NCBI GenBank assembly: GCA_030704615.1 | Contig: JAKLZA010000093.1 | Location: forward strand, 1 to 9,946 | Direction of reading: 5' to 3' | Origin: Takakia lepidozioides | Lineage: Eukaryota; Plantae; Bryophyta | DNA: 9,946 bases | Shown here: piece after piece, positions 8,032 to 9,946 of the stretch | Position numbering within the stretch: the stretch's first letter is position 1 | Layout: each line of letters starts with the position of its first letter | Program-made: the position numbers and the translations under genes | The notes under the pieces: generated by a model | The model's input: only the letters and a program-made list of their open reading frames with translations | The model's database searches: none | Told to the model about the DNA's origin: nothing

Positions 8032-9780
8032 CAGGTAATTCGGAGCGCGCGGATGGAAATCCGGCGCCGAATTTCCATCCGCGCAGGTAGGGCGGTGCGC
8101 CAAACTTCCTCCAAGCAGGTAATTCGGATGCGCGCGGATGGAAATCCGGCGCCGAATTTCCATCCGCGCAGGTAGGGCGGTGCGCCAACTTCCTCTCCAA
8201 GCAGGTAATTCGGATGCGCGCGGATGGAAATCCGGCGCCGAATTTCCATCCGCGCAGGTAGGGCGGGTGCGCCAAACTTCCTCCAAGCAGGTAATTCGGA
8301 TGCGCGCGGATGGAAATCCGGCGCCGAATTTCCATCCGCGCAGGTAGGGCGGTGCGCCAAACTTCTTCAAGCAGGTATTCGGATGCGCGCGGATGGAAAT
8401 CCGGCGCCGAATTTCCATCCGCGCAGGTAGGGCGGTGCGCCAAACTTCCTTCAAGCAGGTAATTCGGAATGCGCGCGGATGGAAATCCGGCGCCGAATTT
8501 CCATCCGCGCAGTAGGGCGGTGCGCCAAACTTCCTTCAAGCAGGTAATTCGATAGCGCCGCGGATGGAAATCCGGCGCCGAATTTCCATCCGCGCAGGTA
8601 GGGCGGTGCGCCAAACTTCCTTCAAGCAGGTAATTCGGATGCGCGCGGATGGAAATCCGGCGCCGAATTCCATCCATCCGCGCAGGTAGGGCGGGGCGGT
8701 CCAAACTTCCTTCAAGCAGGTAATTCGGATGCGCGCGGATGGAAATCCGGCGCCGAATTTCCATCCGCGCAGGTAGGGGCGTTGCGCCAAACTTCCTTCA
8801 AGCAGGTAATTCGGATGCGCGCGGATGGAAATCCGGCGCCGAATTTCCATCCGCGCAGGTAGGGCGGTGCGCCAAACTTCCTTCAAGCAGGTAATTCGGA
8901 TGCGCGCGGATGGAAATCCGGCGCCGAATTTCCATCCGCGCAGGTAGGGCGGTGCGCCAACTTCCTTCAAGCAGGTAATTCGGATGCGCGCGGATGGAAA
9001 TCCGGCGCCGATTTCCATCCGCGCAGGTAGGGCGGTGCGCCAAAACTTCCTTCAAGCAGGTAATTCGGATGCGCGGGATGGAATCCGGCGCCTAATTTCC
9101 ATCCGCGCAGGTAGGGCGGTGCGCCAAACTTCCTTCAAGCAGGTAATTCGGATGCGGCGCGGATGGAAATCCGGCCGCCGAATTTCCATCCGCGCAGGTA
9201 GGGCGGTGCGCCAAACTTCCTTCAAGCAGGTAATTCGGATGCGCGCGGATGGAAATCCGGCGCCGAATTTCCATCCGCGCAGGTAGGGCGGTGCGCCAAA
9301 CTTCCTTCAAGCAGGTAATTCGGATGCGCGCGGATGGGAAAATCCGGCGCCGATTTCCACCCCGCGCAGGTAGGGCGGTGCGCCAACTTCCTTCAAGCAG
9401 TAATTCGATGCGCGCGGATGGAAACCCGGCGCCGAATTTCCATCCGCGCAGGTAGGGCGGTGCGCCAAACTTCCTTCAAGCAGGTAATTCGGATGCGCGC
9501 GGCTGGAAATCCGGCGCCGAATTTCCATCGCGCAGGTAGGGCGGTGCGCCAAACTTCCTTCAAGCAGGTAATTCGGATGCGCGCGATGGCAATCCGGCGC
9601 CGAATTTCCATCCTCGCAGGTAGGGGCGGTGCGCCAAACTTCCTTCAAGCAGGTAATTCGGATTGCGCGCAGATGGCAATCCGGCGCCGAATTTCCATCC
9701 GCGCAGGTAGGGCGGTGCGCCAAACGTCTCCTTCAAGCGGTACTTCGGATGCGCGCGGATGGAAATTCCGGCGCCGAATT
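8032..9780. repeat. GC-rich tandem satellite, ~21 x 85 bp, each unit with a 38-bp near-perfect palindrome
   Basis: Consensus caggtaattcggatgcgcgcggatggaaatccggcgccgaatttccatccgcgcaggtagggcggtgcgccaaacttccttcaag. Unit starts at 8032, 8116, 8202, 8288 and so on to 9650 and 9738. Confidence 0.97.
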
Positions 9781-9946
9781 ACGCTGCGCAGGAAGTTTGG
9801 CGCACACTTCCTTGAGCAGGTAATTCGGCGCCGAATTTCCATCCTGCGGTCCGAATTACCTGCTTGAAGTAAGTTTGGCAGCACCGCCTACCTGCCGCGG
9901 ATGGAAATCGGCGCCGGATTGCATCTGCGGCATCCGAATTACTGCT
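9781..9946. repeat. Scrambled and inverted copies of the 85-bp unit
   Basis: aggaagtttggcgcac (~9790) and tccgaattacctgcttgaag... (~9850 to the end) are reverse complements of the unit. Confidence 0.85.

Noticed and set aside
8032-9780. CRISPR array (palindromic repeats at regular spacing)
   Set aside because: The sequences between palindromes are identical rather than unique spacers, no cas genes are present, and the context is eukaryotic.
7642-9884. Repetitive ORFs (MEIRRRISIRAHPNY...)
   Set aside because: These are by-products of the 85-bp satellite. The unit length is not a multiple of 3 and frames shift at random indels.
8032-9946. Single-base indel variants among satellite units as real diversity
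   Set aside because: They are scattered, non-recurrent and increase toward the end, which is typical of long-read consensus error.

Overview
Eukaryotic genomic DNA, probably from a non-seed land plant (inferred from the intron style and the type of Gypsy RT). (1) 1-~1154, minus strand: a decayed Ty3/Gypsy non-chromovirus pol fragment (reverse transcriptase, FLDD catalytic motif, one in-frame TAA). Its gag/protease half is missing and it abuts unrelated DNA at ~1155. (2) ~1378-7425, minus strand: the scattered ORFs of the track join, through eight phase-consistent GT-AG introns, into one gene of about 1,480 codons (5' end uncertain). It encodes a ParB/Sulfiredoxin-like domain (YVWDGNHRLLAW), an unknown middle region, a bacterial-type beta-class amino (N4C/N6A) DNA methyltransferase fold (catalytic position DIPD, SAM motif ILDLTCGTG), NLS-like basic tracts and an acidic tail. 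One frame break at ~2930-3060 is unresolved. (3) Two different palindrome-rich tandem arrays share the core GGCGCCGAATTTCCA: 8 x 95 bp inside intron 5 (3754-4522) and ~21 x 85 bp upstream of the gene (8032-~9780, inverting and scrambled at the window end). A ParB-like/MTase fusion gene next to arrays of one shared palindrome is the main candidate for an undescribed system. All calls are by eye; no searches were run.
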